Shown: piece after piece, positions 1-9,416 of the stretch
Numbering within the stretch: the stretch's first letter is position 1
Layout: the number at the start of each line of letters is the position of its first letter
DNA from: a virus
IMG/VR virus record: IMGVR_UViG_3300030319_000065
Coordinates: 1 to 55,056 of that record
Length of the DNA: 55,056 nt
Reading direction: 5' to 3' (one strand)
Program-made: the position numbers and the translations under genes
Notes under the pieces: generated by a model
What the model was told of the DNA's origin: nothing
The model's database searches: none
The model's input: the letters and a program-made list of their open reading frames with translations, nothing else

Positions 1-99
1 GTTCGTGCATCAAAATATCTTCTGGTAGATGATATGATCGGTGGCATTGAAGAAGCTATGAATCCAACGATACTTGATAAGTTATGGGATAAATATGCT
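1..99. repeat. 99-bp exact terminal overlap with 54958..55056, marking circular-contig closure
   Basis: Read directly. Both copies run from gttcgtgcatcaaaatatcttctgg to gataaatatgct without a mismatch. The repeat lies inside the terL reading frame. Confidence 0.95.
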
Positions 100-978
100 G
101 TAGATGCCCGTCAGAGGAAAATACAGGACACTAGTGGAAAGAATTGTAAAGAAATACACATTGCTACCAGATGGAGCGTCAGAGACGTTATAGGACGCTT
201 ACAGACGATGTACGAGGGAAATCCACGTGTAAAAGTGATTGCAGTTCCAGACGTTGATCCTGTTACTGGAAAAAGCAATTTTAATTATGAGTATGGCGGT
301 TTTACGGAAGAGTTCTTTGCAGATCAACAATTACTCATGGACGAAATTTCTTATCGGTGCCTTTACAAACAGGATCCTATTGAGCGTGAGGGATTATTGT
401 TCCCAGATGATAAAATTCGTAGATATCTTAATCTTCCACATGGGGAACCTGAGATTATTACAGCTCAGTGTGATACAAAAGGAAAAGGAACGGACTATTT
501 TGTACTTCCGGTACTTCAAAAATACGGAGAAGATTATTATTGTGTAGATGCCGTGTGTGACAATACTGCCGATTATGAGATGCAGTATAGAAATGCAGCT
601 AATGTTCTGGTGAATAACAAAGTTCAGGAATGTGAATTTGAGCGAAATGCTGGTGGTGATCGTGTGGCTATGGAAGTCAACAAACGTGTTGAAGCGGTCG
701 GTTGGATTTGCAACATTACAGATGAACCTACAGAGACAAATAAAGAAGCACGTATCTTTCAGTGCTCGAACTGGATATTACAACATGTGATTTTCAAAGA
801 CCCATCGAAGTACAAGCCAAATGAACCATATGGAGTTATGATGTCACTGTTAAAGCAATATTCTGTATCTGGTAAGAAGCAACTGGACGATGTTCCAGAT
901 GTTTTCTCAAACTTTGCTTTAAGAATGACAAAAGGGAATAGGATAAAAAAGACAGTAATAATATCAAGTCCGATATAA
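1..978 (+). CDS. terL: Terminase large subunit, C-terminal nuclease part; continues the ORF that starts at 54211
   Basis: Frame 1 is open from base 1 and continuous with 54211..55056 across the overlap. It has the LLVDDMIGG Walker-B-like motif, and the wrapped ORF is 574 aa. The gene sits upstream of portal. Confidence 0.85.
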   Translation, partial: VRASKYLLVDDMIGGIEEAMNPTILDKLWDKYAVDARQRKIQDTSGKNCKEIHIATRWSVRDVIGRLQTMYEGNPRVKVIAVPDVDPVTGKSNFNYEYGGFTEEFFADQQLLMDEISYRCLYKQDPIEREGLLFPDDKIRRYLNLPHGEPEIITAQCDTKGKGTDYFVLPVLQKYGEDYYCVDAVCDNTADYEMQYRNAANVLVNNKVQECEFERNAGGDRVAMEVNKRVEAVGWICNITDEPTETNKEARIFQCSNWILQHVIFKDPSKYKPNEPYGVMMSLLKQYSVSGKKQLDDVPDVFSNFALRMTKGNRIKKTVIISSPI

Positions 979-991
979 GAGGAGGGTTTGT

Positions 992-1423
992 ATGACAACC
1001 AAGGACTATCTTAACCAGATAAGCAGACTTAACAGAATGATAAATAATAAACTGACAGAAATAACGCAACTTAGAGAGCTTTCTTATAGTATATCAGCTA
1101 TCGGAAGCGAAGAAAAAGTTATGTCATCGTCTGACCCAGATAAAATAGGCTCTACATACGCCAAAATTGACGAAATGGAGCATAATCTTGATAACATGAT
1201 AGATGAATACATTGAAAAGAAAGACTTGATTATAGGGCAAATAGACAGTATGGAAAATGAAGATTACTATAATATTTTATTTTCGAGGTATATTGAAAAG
1301 AAAACTTTTGAAGTTATTGCCACGGAAATGAAATACTCATGGAGACAAATTATCAGACTTCACGGAAAGGCTCTTAAAGCATTTGAAGAAAAATATGGTA
1401 ACACATATTTAAAGATGTCATAG
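992..1423 (+). CDS. Sigma-70 region-4-like regulator (DUF1492/ArpU-type), putative late-gene regulator
   Basis: RBS GAGGAGG. The C-terminus YYNILFSRYIEKKTFEVIATEMKYSWRQIIRLHGKALKAF resembles the DUF1492/ArpU HTH. Confidence 0.55.
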   Translation: MTTKDYLNQISRLNRMINNKLTEITQLRELSYSISAIGSEEKVMSSSDPDKIGSTYAKIDEMEHNLDNMIDEYIEKKDLIIGQIDSMENEDYYNILFSRYIEKKTFEVIATEMKYSWRQIIRLHGKALKAFEEKYGNTYLKMS

Positions 1424-1498
1424 AATGTCATATTGCTCCAATGATATACTGTATTTGTAAGAAGTTACAAAGATGTTTTTCATACACATTCCTTATCG

Positions 1499-1535
1499 AA
1501 AGCACCGTTGCTTAATTGTGGCGGTGCTTTTTGTT
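1499..1535 (+). terminator. Intrinsic terminator
   Basis: Perfect 9-bp stem AAAGCACCG/CGGTGCTTT with a 14-nt loop, running into a T-tract. Confidence 0.7.
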
Positions 1536-1553
1536 ATGCAACGAGGTAAAAAT

Positions 1554-1763
1554 ATGAATTTTTATATGAATAAAGATAAATCAATCATGTGTCCGAACTG
1601 CCATAAGTTTTTAGCCAAAGCAGACAGCAAAGACCCACGAACACATAAACTGGCTTGTAGGCACTGTCACAAGTGGATTTGGTATGTACCTAACGATGAT
1701 GACAATTTTCAGATTAAGGAAACACCGGACAGAAGAAGTTCGAATGGCATGAGATTTTATTAG
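1554..1763 (+). CDS. Small zinc-ribbon protein (Mu Com-like CxxC...CxxC)
   Basis: Start chosen at the ATG after GAGGT. Motifs CPNCHKFLAK and CRHCHKWIW. Confidence 0.5.
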   Translation: MNFYMNKDKSIMCPNCHKFLAKADSKDPRTHKLACRHCHKWIWYVPNDDDNFQIKETPDRRSSNGMRFY

Positions 1764-1774
1764 AGGTGTAGACA

Positions 1775-3367
1775 ATGCAGGCAGGAAGAATTGCTATATA
1801 TACAGACGCAAAAGAAATAACGTCTGACAATATAATACCAATTTTGCGTGAAGCAATTTTGGAACAGAATATTAATTCCAATAGAATACAGTTTCTTCTT
1901 GATTATGACGCAGGAATACAGCCAATAGTTAGAAAGAACCCAAAGACTTACAGACCAGACATTGACTGTGAGTGCTGCGACAATGTGGCTAACGAAATCA
2001 CAGAATTTAATTTAGGCTTTAAGTGGGGAAATCCTATAACGCTAGTTCAAAACGGCGACAATGAGGATTCTAACCTCACAGAAGCTATAGCAGAATTAAA
2101 CAGTTGCTACGAATCACAGAACGCAAGGCAAAAGCAACAGGAACTTGCAAGATATGTTGAAATCGGCGGTGTTGGCTATGTCCTTATTGATGTGAATACA
2201 GAATATGAGGATGGGGAAAGCTATTTCACATATGATGTATTAGACCCAAGAACAACATTTGTTGTAAGGTCAACCGCCTACAGCGACAAGAGAGTTGTTC
2301 TTGCAGGTACTTACATCAAAGATAAACATAGCGGAGCGAGATATTACACTTGTTTTACAAAAGATATTCGCTATGAAATTACAGATGGAATAAAAATTAC
2401 TAATGGTTCAGAAAAAGGAAAAACAAAATGGGGATTTTTAGAGAGAAGTGGGGAAGAGAATCCATTACATAAAATCCCTATCATTGAATACACAAGGTCA
2501 TTCGACAGAATGGGGTGTTTTGAGCGGCAAATATCTGAAATGGATAACTTAAACCTACTCATTTCAGATTTTACAAATGATGTTGAACAGAACACACAGG
2601 CAGTATGGCACACAAATGATGTTGATTTCCCAGTTGAACAGGAAACAACGGTTGATAAAGATGGAATACCGCACATTACTAAAAAAGTAAGGAAGCCAAA
2701 ATCTGGAGAATGGATGCAGACCTATACATCAGCAGATGGCAAAACTCCAATAGTTGAGCCACTTGCAATCAATTACGATTATACAGGTATGCTTAATAAT
2801 ATTCAATCAAGGCGACAGATAATCTTGCAGAAATGCAATGTACCACAACGAAATGATAATAGCGGTGGCAGTACAGGAGTTGCAATGTCGGACGCAACAG
2901 GATGGTCACAGGCTGAAACGGCAGCGGCAAAACAACAATTAATTACAGATGGCTGCAAAATGGAAGAAATAAAAGTTGTTCTTGCGGCTATTAAGCTGTC
3001 AAACAATGTTAACAGCAGCAATCCGTTACTTAAATTAAGGGCAAGAGATGTAAAGCCCAGCATTAAGCGACAAAAAACTTATGAAATGTCAACCAAGGTT
3101 AATGCCATGGCGACATTGATAAGTCACGGATTTAGCCTTAAAGATACAGTTGATGCAATTCCATTCTTTGATGACCCTAACGATGTTGTAGCGAGAAGCG
3201 GAGAGATGGTTAAGGCATATCAAGAAAGTATAATCAACAAAGACACACAGAACCAAGCAGAGGGCGGAGAGGGTGAACAATCACCTAATAAAGACCGCAC
3301 AATGCAAGACTTATCAGACCAGACAGAAAATAGTCCGGTTATAGATAAGAGCAGAACAGATAAATAA
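1775..3367 (+). CDS. Portal protein
   Basis: 530 aa, positioned after terL and before scaffold and capsid. Good RBS. Confidence 0.8.
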   Translation: MQAGRIAIYTDAKEITSDNIIPILREAILEQNINSNRIQFLLDYDAGIQPIVRKNPKTYRPDIDCECCDNVANEITEFNLGFKWGNPITLVQNGDNEDSNLTEAIAELNSCYESQNARQKQQELARYVEIGGVGYVLIDVNTEYEDGESYFTYDVLDPRTTFVVRSTAYSDKRVVLAGTYIKDKHSGARYYTCFTKDIRYEITDGIKITNGSEKGKTKWGFLERSGEENPLHKIPIIEYTRSFDRMGCFERQISEMDNLNLLISDFTNDVEQNTQAVWHTNDVDFPVEQETTVDKDGIPHITKKVRKPKSGEWMQTYTSADGKTPIVEPLAINYDYTGMLNNIQSRRQIILQKCNVPQRNDNSGGSTGVAMSDATGWSQAETAAAKQQLITDGCKMEEIKVVLAAIKLSNNVNSSNPLLKLRARDVKPSIKRQKTYEMSTKVNAMATLISHGFSLKDTVDAIPFFDDPNDVVARSGEMVKAYQESIINKDTQNQAEGGEGEQSPNKDRTMQDLSDQTENSPVIDKSRTDK

Positions 3368-3492
3368 ATGATATTGAGCCACATGGTAGAAATGCCTTGT
3401 GGCTTTTTATATGCCCTAGAGAAAGGGCAATACAAATATCGCAAGAAGTTGAGAGAACAACAAAAAACGCAGAAAGCAGAGGTAAAGAAATT

Positions 3493-4071
3493 ATGGCAGA
3501 TGTAACTAACACAACAATAGAACCAACAACTAATAAGGAACCACAGAACGAAGAACAGACACCTAGCGTAGAAGAACTTATGGCACAACTTGCTAGTGAA
3601 AGAGCTGAAAAAGAGAAGTATAAGAACGCTTCTGATAAAGCCAGTTCAGAAGCAGCCAAGTACAAGAAAGAACTTCGTTCAAAGCAGACAGCAGAAGAGC
3701 AGGAAGCGGAAGCAAAGGCGGAAGCTGAAAAGTTGCAAGCTGAAAAGTTCGAGAACATGAGCAAAGAGCTTAATCATATGAAAGCTGTCAATGCTTATCA
3801 GAAAGTTATAGGCGATGGAAAGGATATTGATTCTTTGATTGAGGCAGTTGCAGACGCAGACCATAGCCTTATAGCAACTGTAATTGCTAATGAAGTGCAA
3901 AGACAGGTTAAGGAAGCTAAGGCAGAGTGGCTTAAATCAAGACCGGCTATTAATGCGGGCGGTGGAGAAGAAAGCGCGATAACACAGGAACAGTTCAACA
4001 AGATGAATTACCACGAAAGAGTGGAGTTCAAAAATAAGAATCCAGAACTTTATAAGAAGTTCACAGAGTAG
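3493..4071 (+). CDS. Scaffolding protein
   Basis: ATG after GAGGT. Glu/Lys/Ala-rich coiled-coil protein directly upstream of the capsid gene. Confidence 0.7.
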   Translation: MADVTNTTIEPTTNKEPQNEEQTPSVEELMAQLASERAEKEKYKNASDKASSEAAKYKKELRSKQTAEEQEAEAKAEAEKLQAEKFENMSKELNHMKAVNAYQKVIGDGKDIDSLIEAVADADHSLIATVIANEVQRQVKEAKAEWLKSRPAINAGGGEESAITQEQFNKMNYHERVEFKNKNPELYKKFTE

Positions 4072-4091
4072 AAAACGGAGGTAAATAAACT

Positions 4092-5123
4092 ATGCCACAG
4101 ACTAAGTTAGCAAATTTAGTAGATCCACAGGTAATGGCTGATATGGTATCAGCTAAGTTACCAAAGAAGATTAAGTTCTCGCCTATCGCAAGAGTTGATA
4201 CAACACTTGTAGGCAGACCGGGAAGCACAATCGTTGTGCCAAAGTATGCTTATATTGGTGATGCAGAGGACGTTGCAGAAGGCGTTGCTATGGGTACAAC
4301 AGTACTTACAACATCTACAACAGAAGCAAAGGTTAAGAAAGCAGGTAAGGCGGTAGAACTTACAGATGAATCAGTATTATCTGGTTATGGCGACCCACTT
4401 GGTACAGCTATTAATCAGATTGCTATGTCAATCGCTGCAAAGGTTGATAATGACAGCTATGACGCACTTTGCACAGCACCTATTGATTACGATGGAACAG
4501 CAGCACCTATCAGCTATTCAGCAGTTGTAGCAGCTAATAGCAAATTTGATGACGAATCTGATTCATCACTTACAAAGATATTGTTCATTAATCCGGCGCA
4601 GGAAGCCACATTGCTTAATGACGCTGATTTCAAGAGCAATGACAAGTACCCACTTAATGTAATTATGAATGGCACTATCGGTTCTATCGCAGGAGCACAG
4701 GTTGTTAAGTCTAAGAAAGTTAAGTTGGTTAAGTATGAACTTGATGATTCAACAGGAACAATCAATGTTGTAGCTGATACAACAAGTGAGGATTCAACTA
4801 ATGTTCATCTTGACACAGCACTTGCACATACGCTTAAGTCAAAGGACAAGGAAATTAAGGTAGGTAGCAAGTTAAAGGGTGTTACAACAGAGTTCTACGC
4901 TTGCCCTATTGTTATCGTATCAGCAGAAGATCCTAACGAGGACACAGGTGCAGATGGCGTGTCAGAGGAAGAGAACGCACTCACAATCTATATGAAGAGA
5001 AGTGTTGAGATTGAATCAGACAGGGATATTCTTGCAAAGACAACTGTTATTTCTGGTGACGAACACTATACAGCGGTCTTAAGCAATGATTCAAAGGTTG
5101 TTCTTGCTAAGTTCGGAAAGTAA
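4092..5123 (+). CDS. Major capsid protein (HK97 fold; resembles the N4-gp56-type family)
   Basis: 343 aa. N-terminus LANLVDPQVMADMVSAKLPKKIKFSPIA..VDTTLVGRPGSTIVVPKY. Position after the scaffold gene. Confidence 0.8.
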   Translation: MPQTKLANLVDPQVMADMVSAKLPKKIKFSPIARVDTTLVGRPGSTIVVPKYAYIGDAEDVAEGVAMGTTVLTTSTTEAKVKKAGKAVELTDESVLSGYGDPLGTAINQIAMSIAAKVDNDSYDALCTAPIDYDGTAAPISYSAVVAANSKFDDESDSSLTKILFINPAQEATLLNDADFKSNDKYPLNVIMNGTIGSIAGAQVVKSKKVKLVKYELDDSTGTINVVADTTSEDSTNVHLDTALAHTLKSKDKEIKVGSKLKGVTTEFYACPIVIVSAEDPNEDTGADGVSEEENALTIYMKRSVEIESDRDILAKTTVISGDEHYTAVLSNDSKVVLAKFGK

Positions 5124-5134
5124 GAGGTGTTTAT

Positions 5135-5413
5135 ATGTTATTAAGACGACATAAAATCAACGCCGCAAAGCAGAGCGAAGAAGTAACAGCAGATAATTTA
5201 AGACAGGAAGCTGTTTATGGAGATGAGATTAAGTATGAGGAAGAGCAGGACAAGTTTCCTGCTCAACCTACAAGCGATTACACAAAGACAGCTATTAAGC
5301 GTATGCCAACAGCGGACTTACAGACACTTGCCTTAGAACAAGGTATTGAGAACGCAATGGAGCTTACAGGAGCAGAACTTAAAGAACTGTTAATTGAGAA
5401 ATTAGGATTATAG
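5135..5413 (+). CDS. Small head-associated protein with a Rho-N/SAP-like C-terminal helix-extended-helix
   Basis: C-terminus TADLQTLALEQGIENAMELTGAELKELLIEKLGL. Position after the capsid gene. Confidence 0.45.
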   Translation: MLLRRHKINAAKQSEEVTADNLRQEAVYGDEIKYEEEQDKFPAQPTSDYTKTAIKRMPTADLQTLALEQGIENAMELTGAELKELLIEKLGL

Positions 5414-5423
5414 GAGCTGAATT

Positions 5424-5801
5424 ATGGAATACACCACATTAGAGCAAGTCAAAATCAGACTTAAACAATTTCATATTGATACAGTCAAAAACGATGATGA
5501 TACTACATCTGATGTGGTAGTGTTCGATAGCAAAGAAGATAATCCAATAATCGAACAGCTTATTAAGCAAGCTACAGAAGATGTAAAGGCAAGAAGAAAT
5601 TACCCTGACAGCTACATAGATGAAATGATAACCGAGGATTTGAAAAAATTTGAAAGTGTTATCGTTAATCTTGCGGTATACGACCATTCACAGGCAGGCG
5701 AAGCATTTATGTCGTCTTATACAGAGAATGGAGTAAGCAGGAACTGGAAAGAGCGTGAAGACTTATTTGTTGGTGTATATCCGTTTGTAAGGATTTTATA
5801 G
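5424..5801 (+). CDS. Head-tail connector (gp6-like)
   Basis: 125 aa. N-terminus TLEQVKIRLK... is typical of gp6-like connectors. Supported by synteny. Confidence 0.55.
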   Translation: MEYTTLEQVKIRLKQFHIDTVKNDDDTTSDVVVFDSKEDNPIIEQLIKQATEDVKARRNYPDSYIDEMITEDLKKFESVIVNLAVYDHSQAGEAFMSSYTENGVSRNWKEREDLFVGVYPFVRIL

Positions 5802-5903
5802 AAGATTGTGCGTTACCATTTTACCGACATGGGAAATATGGTAGCAGGTGGCACACATTTTATCGGTGGTGGGAAGTGTGCGAAACAGAAAGAAAGGCGG
5901 TAT

Positions 5904-6233
5904 ATGATGACAATAGAAATTTCTACTGCAATCATTATAAGCGTGTTATCACTTGGTTTTTCCGTCTTTATTGGACTTAAGAACAGCAAAAGGACTGACA
6001 CAAAAGATATTGAAGATCGTGTGAAAGACAATACGAAAATCAATATGAAACTTGATAATATTAACTCTACAACTCAGGACATCAAGTCTGATTTATCATC
6101 TATGAGAAATGATATTAAGGCTCATAATGATAAAATCATTGTTCTTGAACAGAGTTGTAAACAGGCACATAAGCGGTTAGATGAAATAATCAATCGACTT
6201 AATCTTGATTTAGAAAGAGAAAGGGAGGTGTAA
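5904..6233 (+). CDS. Membrane-anchored coiled-coil protein (XhlA-like lysis accessory?)
   Basis: Start at the MMTIEIS ATG. One N-terminal TM helix followed by a long coiled coil. Immediately precedes a holin-like gene. Confidence 0.5.
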   Translation: MMTIEISTAIIISVLSLGFSVFIGLKNSKRTDTKDIEDRVKDNTKINMKLDNINSTTQDIKSDLSSMRNDIKAHNDKIIVLEQSCKQAHKRLDEIINRLNLDLEREREV

Positions 6234-6235
6234 AT

Positions 6236-6505
6236 ATGGATATTACAAGCATTGGAACATCTCTTGCGATTGTTGTGATCTGTTATCTGGTTGGACTTGG
6301 TGCAAAGATAGTGCCACAGGTAAAGGATAATTATATTCCGGTTATCGTTGGTGCTGTTGGTGGAATGCTTGGTGTGGCAGGTATGTATGTAATACCAGAT
6401 TTTCCGGCACATGATGTTATGACTGCTGTTGCGGTTGGAATTATGTCTGGATTGGCAAGCACCGGAGTAAATCAGATATACAAACAGGTAAAGAAAGATG
6501 CTTGA
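6236..6505 (+). CDS. Holin-like protein (Hol118 / phage_holin_5-like)
   Basis: 89 aa with three hydrophobic segments and a charged C-terminus KQVKKDA. IPVIVGAVGGMLGV and GIMSGLASTGVNQIYKQ resemble A118 Hol118. Confidence 0.55.
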   Translation: MDITSIGTSLAIVVICYLVGLGAKIVPQVKDNYIPVIVGAVGGMLGVAGMYVIPDFPAHDVMTAVAVGIMSGLASTGVNQIYKQVKKDA

Positions 6506-6929
6506 TATTAACAAGCAAAAGATGGCTTACTCATTGCAAAATGTACGTGTTCCAATCTATGACACTGACGAAGATGGAAACATAAAGTACATTACGGTTG
6601 ATGGTGTAAAAGTTCCAGTAGATACAGGCGAATACACAACGGGTTATTCAAAGCCTGTATTTTTTTATGCCAGCATTAACAATAAGTTGGATGATGTTCT
6701 TATTAAGGAATTTGGTGTTGACCAATCTTCAAACTACGCACAGATTGTAACAGACAAAGGAGCCTTACCACTTGTCGTAGGTAGCCTTATATGGAAGAAA
6801 TCAGCCGTAGGCTATAAAGACATTGCTAAAACGATTGTAGACGCAAATACGGCAGATTACACGGTTCTAGGCGTGGCTGACGAGGGACTTACAGTTGACC
6901 TGTTCCTTTTACAGAAAAATGTAAAGTAG
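6498..6929 (+). CDS. Hypothetical head-tail joining protein
   Basis: 143-aa ORF inside the morphogenesis block, overlapping the upstream stop codon. Confidence 0.5.
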   Translation: MLDINKQKMAYSLQNVRVPIYDTDEDGNIKYITVDGVKVPVDTGEYTTGYSKPVFFYASINNKLDDVLIKEFGVDQSSNYAQIVTDKGALPLVVGSLIWKKSAVGYKDIAKTIVDANTADYTVLGVADEGLTVDLFLLQKNVK

Positions 6930-6936
6930 GTGCAAC

Positions 6937-7479
6937 ATGGGAACGCATACAATCCATATGGATTTGTCCGTAAAATCAGTAAGAAACGCCATTAAAGAAC
7001 TAAAGAAATATGAATCTGACTTGACCTATAAATGTCAACTGGTTGCCGAGAAACTTGCCGATCGTGGAATAGAAACGGCAAAAATGAATACTGGAAATTT
7101 TGGACATTATATAAAATTCTCCAAAGAAATTACTTCAAAGGAAAATGAATGCACTGTAATTATAGTAGCGGAAGATGTTCGAAAAATTATCAGTCAATGG
7201 AAAAGTGGCGATCAAATAAAAAAAGCAGAAGTTTCGCCATTGTTAATGGTTGAGTTTGGAAGTGGTTTTAAAGCACAAAACCCAAATAATTTACCGGGAG
7301 TCGGACAAGGAACCTTTCCTGGACAAACGCACGCCTTTGATAAAGAGGGGTGGTATTGGATTGATTTGGATGGAAACTTAAATCATTCCTATGGAATAAC
7401 ACCTAAAATGCCTATGTATCATGCAGCAATGGAAATGCAAAACGATATAAAATCTGTCATTAAAGAAGTTTTTGGTTAA
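6937..7479 (+). CDS. Hypothetical morphogenesis protein (HK97 gp10-like?)
   Basis: 180 aa. Called from position and RBS. Family assignment is weak. Confidence 0.45.
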   Translation: MGTHTIHMDLSVKSVRNAIKELKKYESDLTYKCQLVAEKLADRGIETAKMNTGNFGHYIKFSKEITSKENECTVIIVAEDVRKIISQWKSGDQIKKAEVSPLLMVEFGSGFKAQNPNNLPGVGQGTFPGQTHAFDKEGWYWIDLDGNLNHSYGITPKMPMYHAAMEMQNDIKSVIKEVFG

Positions 7480-7539
7480 AAAGCTTCACTTAAAAGGAGA
7501 CGGAATTCATGTTGAGAAACTCAAGGGAGGTGTTTGGAA

Positions 7540-7956
7540 ATGGCGAGTGAAAATGACTGGGCATTTGACCTTGATACCACAATATTTTCTATTGTAAAAA
7601 CAAAAGCAACAAAAAAGTTGACAAAAAAATTTCCAAATATCTATTTTACATCTACTGGTAAAACCAAAAATCCACCACAATTTCCTACGGTATATATTCA
7701 TTCTTTGCAAGGCGTTGAAAAAGGACAGGATTTAGAAAGAACAAAAATCAATGCTATTCAACATACAGTGCAAATTGATATCACTACCAACACAAATCAG
7801 AATGATGCGAAATATGTCATGAAGTGCATCACTGACATTTTTAAACAAATGATGTTTTACGTTGTTGCTATGCCAGAAATGACTAGCGGTAACGAAACAT
7901 ATAAAAGCACTGCACGTTTTAGGCGTGTAATAAGTGCAAACGATACAATACTTTAA
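7540..7956 (+). CDS. Hypothetical tail completion/terminator-like protein
   Basis: ATG lies 9 nt after AGGGAGG. Position directly before the major tail gene. Confidence 0.45.
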   Translation: MASENDWAFDLDTTIFSIVKTKATKKLTKKFPNIYFTSTGKTKNPPQFPTVYIHSLQGVEKGQDLERTKINAIQHTVQIDITTNTNQNDAKYVMKCITDIFKQMMFYVVAMPEMTSGNETYKSTARFRRVISANDTIL

Positions 7957-8006
7957 ACAAGAGCAGAAATGCTCTTATTTTTTTGCTTATTAAGGAGGTA
8001 AAACTT

Positions 8007-8507
8007 ATGGCTACAGGCTTAAAAAGTAGAATTATTTATAGGGAAATTCCGGCAGCACCAACCGAAGGTTCTTACTGGGCTGGTACTTATAAACTTTTGA
8101 TGAGAGCAAAATCAATTCCATCTCCGTTTGGTTCTCAGAACATGGTAGATACATCTACACTGGAAGATCTTGTTGAAACACAGGAAATGGGAAGAAGATC
8201 CGCTGGCTCCATGGAAGTACCTGGTGCATTTGAAAAAACATACAAAGATGAAATGGTAAAAAATGAGGGCAAGAAACTTGATTTCTGCATCCTTTACGGA
8301 ACTGACGGAAAAGGTTCTGAGGGTATTTGCGGATTCATTGGACAGGAGTCATTCGCCCCAGGCGAAGCCAGTGATGGTCACTTAGAGGGTACAGCCACAG
8401 TATCTGTGCAGACTGTACCTAAGTGGATTGAAGATGATTACGATGTGGCAGTCACAGAGGATGAAAATGGTTATCCGACACAGATTACACTGACAAAAAA
8501 ATCGTAA
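8007..8507 (+). CDS. Major tail protein (siphovirus type)
   Basis: ATG after AAGGAGG. 166 aa. Immediately upstream of the chaperone and tape-measure genes. Confidence 0.65.
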   Translation: MATGLKSRIIYREIPAAPTEGSYWAGTYKLLMRAKSIPSPFGSQNMVDTSTLEDLVETQEMGRRSAGSMEVPGAFEKTYKDEMVKNEGKKLDFCILYGTDGKGSEGICGFIGQESFAPGEASDGHLEGTATVSVQTVPKWIEDDYDVAVTEDENGYPTQITLTKKS

Positions 8508-8586
8508 GTCAGCCACAGACTCAATCGGCTACGGTGGTTGACGAGGATAAAGTAGCCATTGACACATATTTATAAAAATGGAAAAA

Positions 8587-8611
8587 GGGGCGGTCTACGG
8601 ACTGCCCCTTT
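8587..8611 (+). terminator. GC-rich hairpin (partial terminator or attenuator) after the major tail gene
   Basis: GGGGCGGTC-tacg-GACTGCCCC followed by TTT. Confidence 0.45.
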
Positions 8612-8652
8612 CCCCATATAACAATAAAAGTGGGAAAGGTTAGGTTATATAA

Positions 8653-8982
8653 ATGAAAACATTCGTAATTAATGGAAAGACATATGCGGCTAGAGAGTTT
8701 GATTTCGGATTGATTTGCGATCTCGAAGACTTGGGGATTTCTATGGAAGATATTGAGACAAAACCGATGTCATTTGTTAGAGCGTACTTTATGTTTTGCT
8801 CAGGTCTAAACAAAAGTGCAGCTGCTAAAGAAATTCAGGAACACATGATTTCCGGCGGAGACTTTGAAGATATTACCGGAATGATTGCTGATGGGTTGGA
8901 AAACTCTGGTTTTTTTCGCGCTCTCAACAAGGAGACAGAGAAGAAAACTACAACGAAGAAGAAAGAAACAGCAACGAAATAA
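8653..8982 (+). CDS. Tail assembly chaperone (gpG-like)
   Basis: 109 aa, between the major tail and tape-measure genes. Confidence 0.7.
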   Translation: MKTFVINGKTYAAREFDFGLICDLEDLGISMEDIETKPMSFVRAYFMFCSGLNKSAAAKEIQEHMISGGDFEDITGMIADGLENSGFFRALNKETEKKTTTKKKETATK

Positions 8983-9392
8983 TCGCTGATAAAAAGTATA
9001 AAAACAGTCGTGAAATGTTTGCTTGTGAATTGTTCCCACAAATGAACGCTATATGTGGTGTTAGTTGGGAACAATTCTGGCGACTTAATCCTTTTATTAT
9101 ATTGCAATACAAAAAGGCTTATCAGAATAAACGTAGGATTCACGACGAAGAAATGTGGCTTATGGGACAGTACAATCTTGAAGCATTTAATGTGGTTCTG
9201 TCGCATACAGTTGCAGGAATATTTGGCAAGAACTGTAAGGCTGAATATCCGAAACAAGCATTTTTACAAAGAAATTTAAAAGGTGCCACTACAAACACAA
9301 ACAAGGAATCTCAGGAAGAAGTTGGCGTGTATGAAATGAAACAACGTATCAACTTGTTGAGAAAGTCTGGTCTTCCGGAAAGCCCAGATTAA
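8653..9392 (+). CDS. Tail assembly chaperone frameshift product (gpGT-like), by -1 slip at T7 8910-8916
   Basis: The -1 frame is open from 8892 to 9392. The heptamer T_TTT_TTT lies in the zero frame. Confidence 0.6.
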
Positions 9393-9416
9393 TTTGTAGA
9401 AAGGTCGGTGAGAATA

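Noticed and set aside
1-99. The 99-bp terminal repeat as a biological direct terminal repeat or cos region.
   Set aside because: It lies in frame inside terL, and the ORF is only complete when the ends are joined. This is an assembly overlap of a circular or circularly permuted genome.
3339-3764. Long antisense ORFs in the track (for example 3339..3764-, 3220..3588-, 39498..40061-, 48216..48773-, 33417..33833-, 37604..38062-, 31669..32067-).
   Set aside because: Each lies opposite a better-supported + strand gene, lacks an RBS and has low-complexity, Cys/Ser/Leu/Phe-rich composition typical of antisense frames.
9015-9392. 9015..9392 as an independent 125-aa gene.
   Set aside because: There is no RBS. 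The frame is open upstream to 8892 and is reached by the T7 slippery site, so it is better explained as the gpT part of the G/GT chaperone.
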